Assembly: GCA_963813155.1 (NCBI GenBank)
Contig: CAWEYG010000003.1
Location: 352,001 to 416,000 of the forward strand
Length of the DNA: 64,000 bases
Direction: 5' to 3'
Origin: an uncultured Acidobacteriota bacterium
GTDB taxonomy: Bacteria > Acidobacteriota > Thermoanaerobaculia > UBA5066 > DATFVB01
Shown here: positions 63,766 through 64,000 of the stretch, one piece after another
How the letters are laid out: every line of letters begins with the position of its first letter
How positions within the stretch are numbered: position 1 is the stretch's first letter
The notes under the pieces: generated by a model
What the model saw: the letters and a program-made list of their open reading frames with translations, nothing else
What the model was told of the DNA's origin: nothing
Database searches by the model: none
Translations under genes and position numbers: made by a program

Positions 63766-64000
63766 CCAGGCTCCTGACACCCTCTGCTGACATCGTGAAA
63801 ATTTTATCACACCGCGCCGCCAGATCGCGGTCGTGAGTGACGACAACGACCGTTCCGCCGCCCTCCCCGTGGAGCGCTCGAAGGAGATCGAAGACGGCGC
63901 GAGCATTGTCGCTGTCCAGATTTCCGGTCGGCTCGTCCGCAAAAAGGAGACGGGGCTTCGCGATCACCGCGCGGGCGACCGCCGCTCTCTGCAACTCGCC
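63758..64000 (-). CDS. ABC ATP-binding protein, LolD-like (3' end only)
   Basis: QRAAVARA, FADEPTGNLD, VVTHD. Confidence 0.8.
   Translation of the reverse strand, partial: GELQRAAVARAVIAKPRLLFADEPTGNLDSDNARAVFDLLRALHGEGGGTVVVVTHDRDLAARCDKIFTMSAEGVRSLDV

Overview
High-GC bacterial chromosomal window with Acidobacteriota-like gene content (GWxTD and VWA proteins, DUF3467, FYDLN protein, lolD-clpC-bamA-skp-lpxD-fabZ-lpxA order); the taxonomy is an inference. It is mostly housekeeping: tgt, folK, mnmA, iscS, era/ybeY/phoH, ddl, serA, moaC, nadE, leuS/lptE, nusB/ribH, mtnP, lipid A/BAM genes and clpC. It also holds signalling genes (Ser/Thr kinase, PP2C, PAS-GGDEF-EAL) and a chemosensory cluster with a HEAT-repeat gene but no receptor. 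About ten single-base frameshifts, including in essential genes, look like sequencing or assembly errors. The stand-out is a stand-alone minus-strand gene at 2684-3289: a 57-aa unique N-terminus followed by 24 identical SGKPGL hexapeptides. This gives an uninterrupted Gly-X-Y (GLS-GKP) run whose DNA varies only at wobble positions. It has a strong Shine-Dalgarno, a near-consensus sigma54 promoter, a candidate activator palindrome and its own terminator, so it is either an unanchored polycationic collagen-like protein or an orphan multi-core peptide precursor. I recognised no rRNA, tRNA, CRISPR or mobile element.
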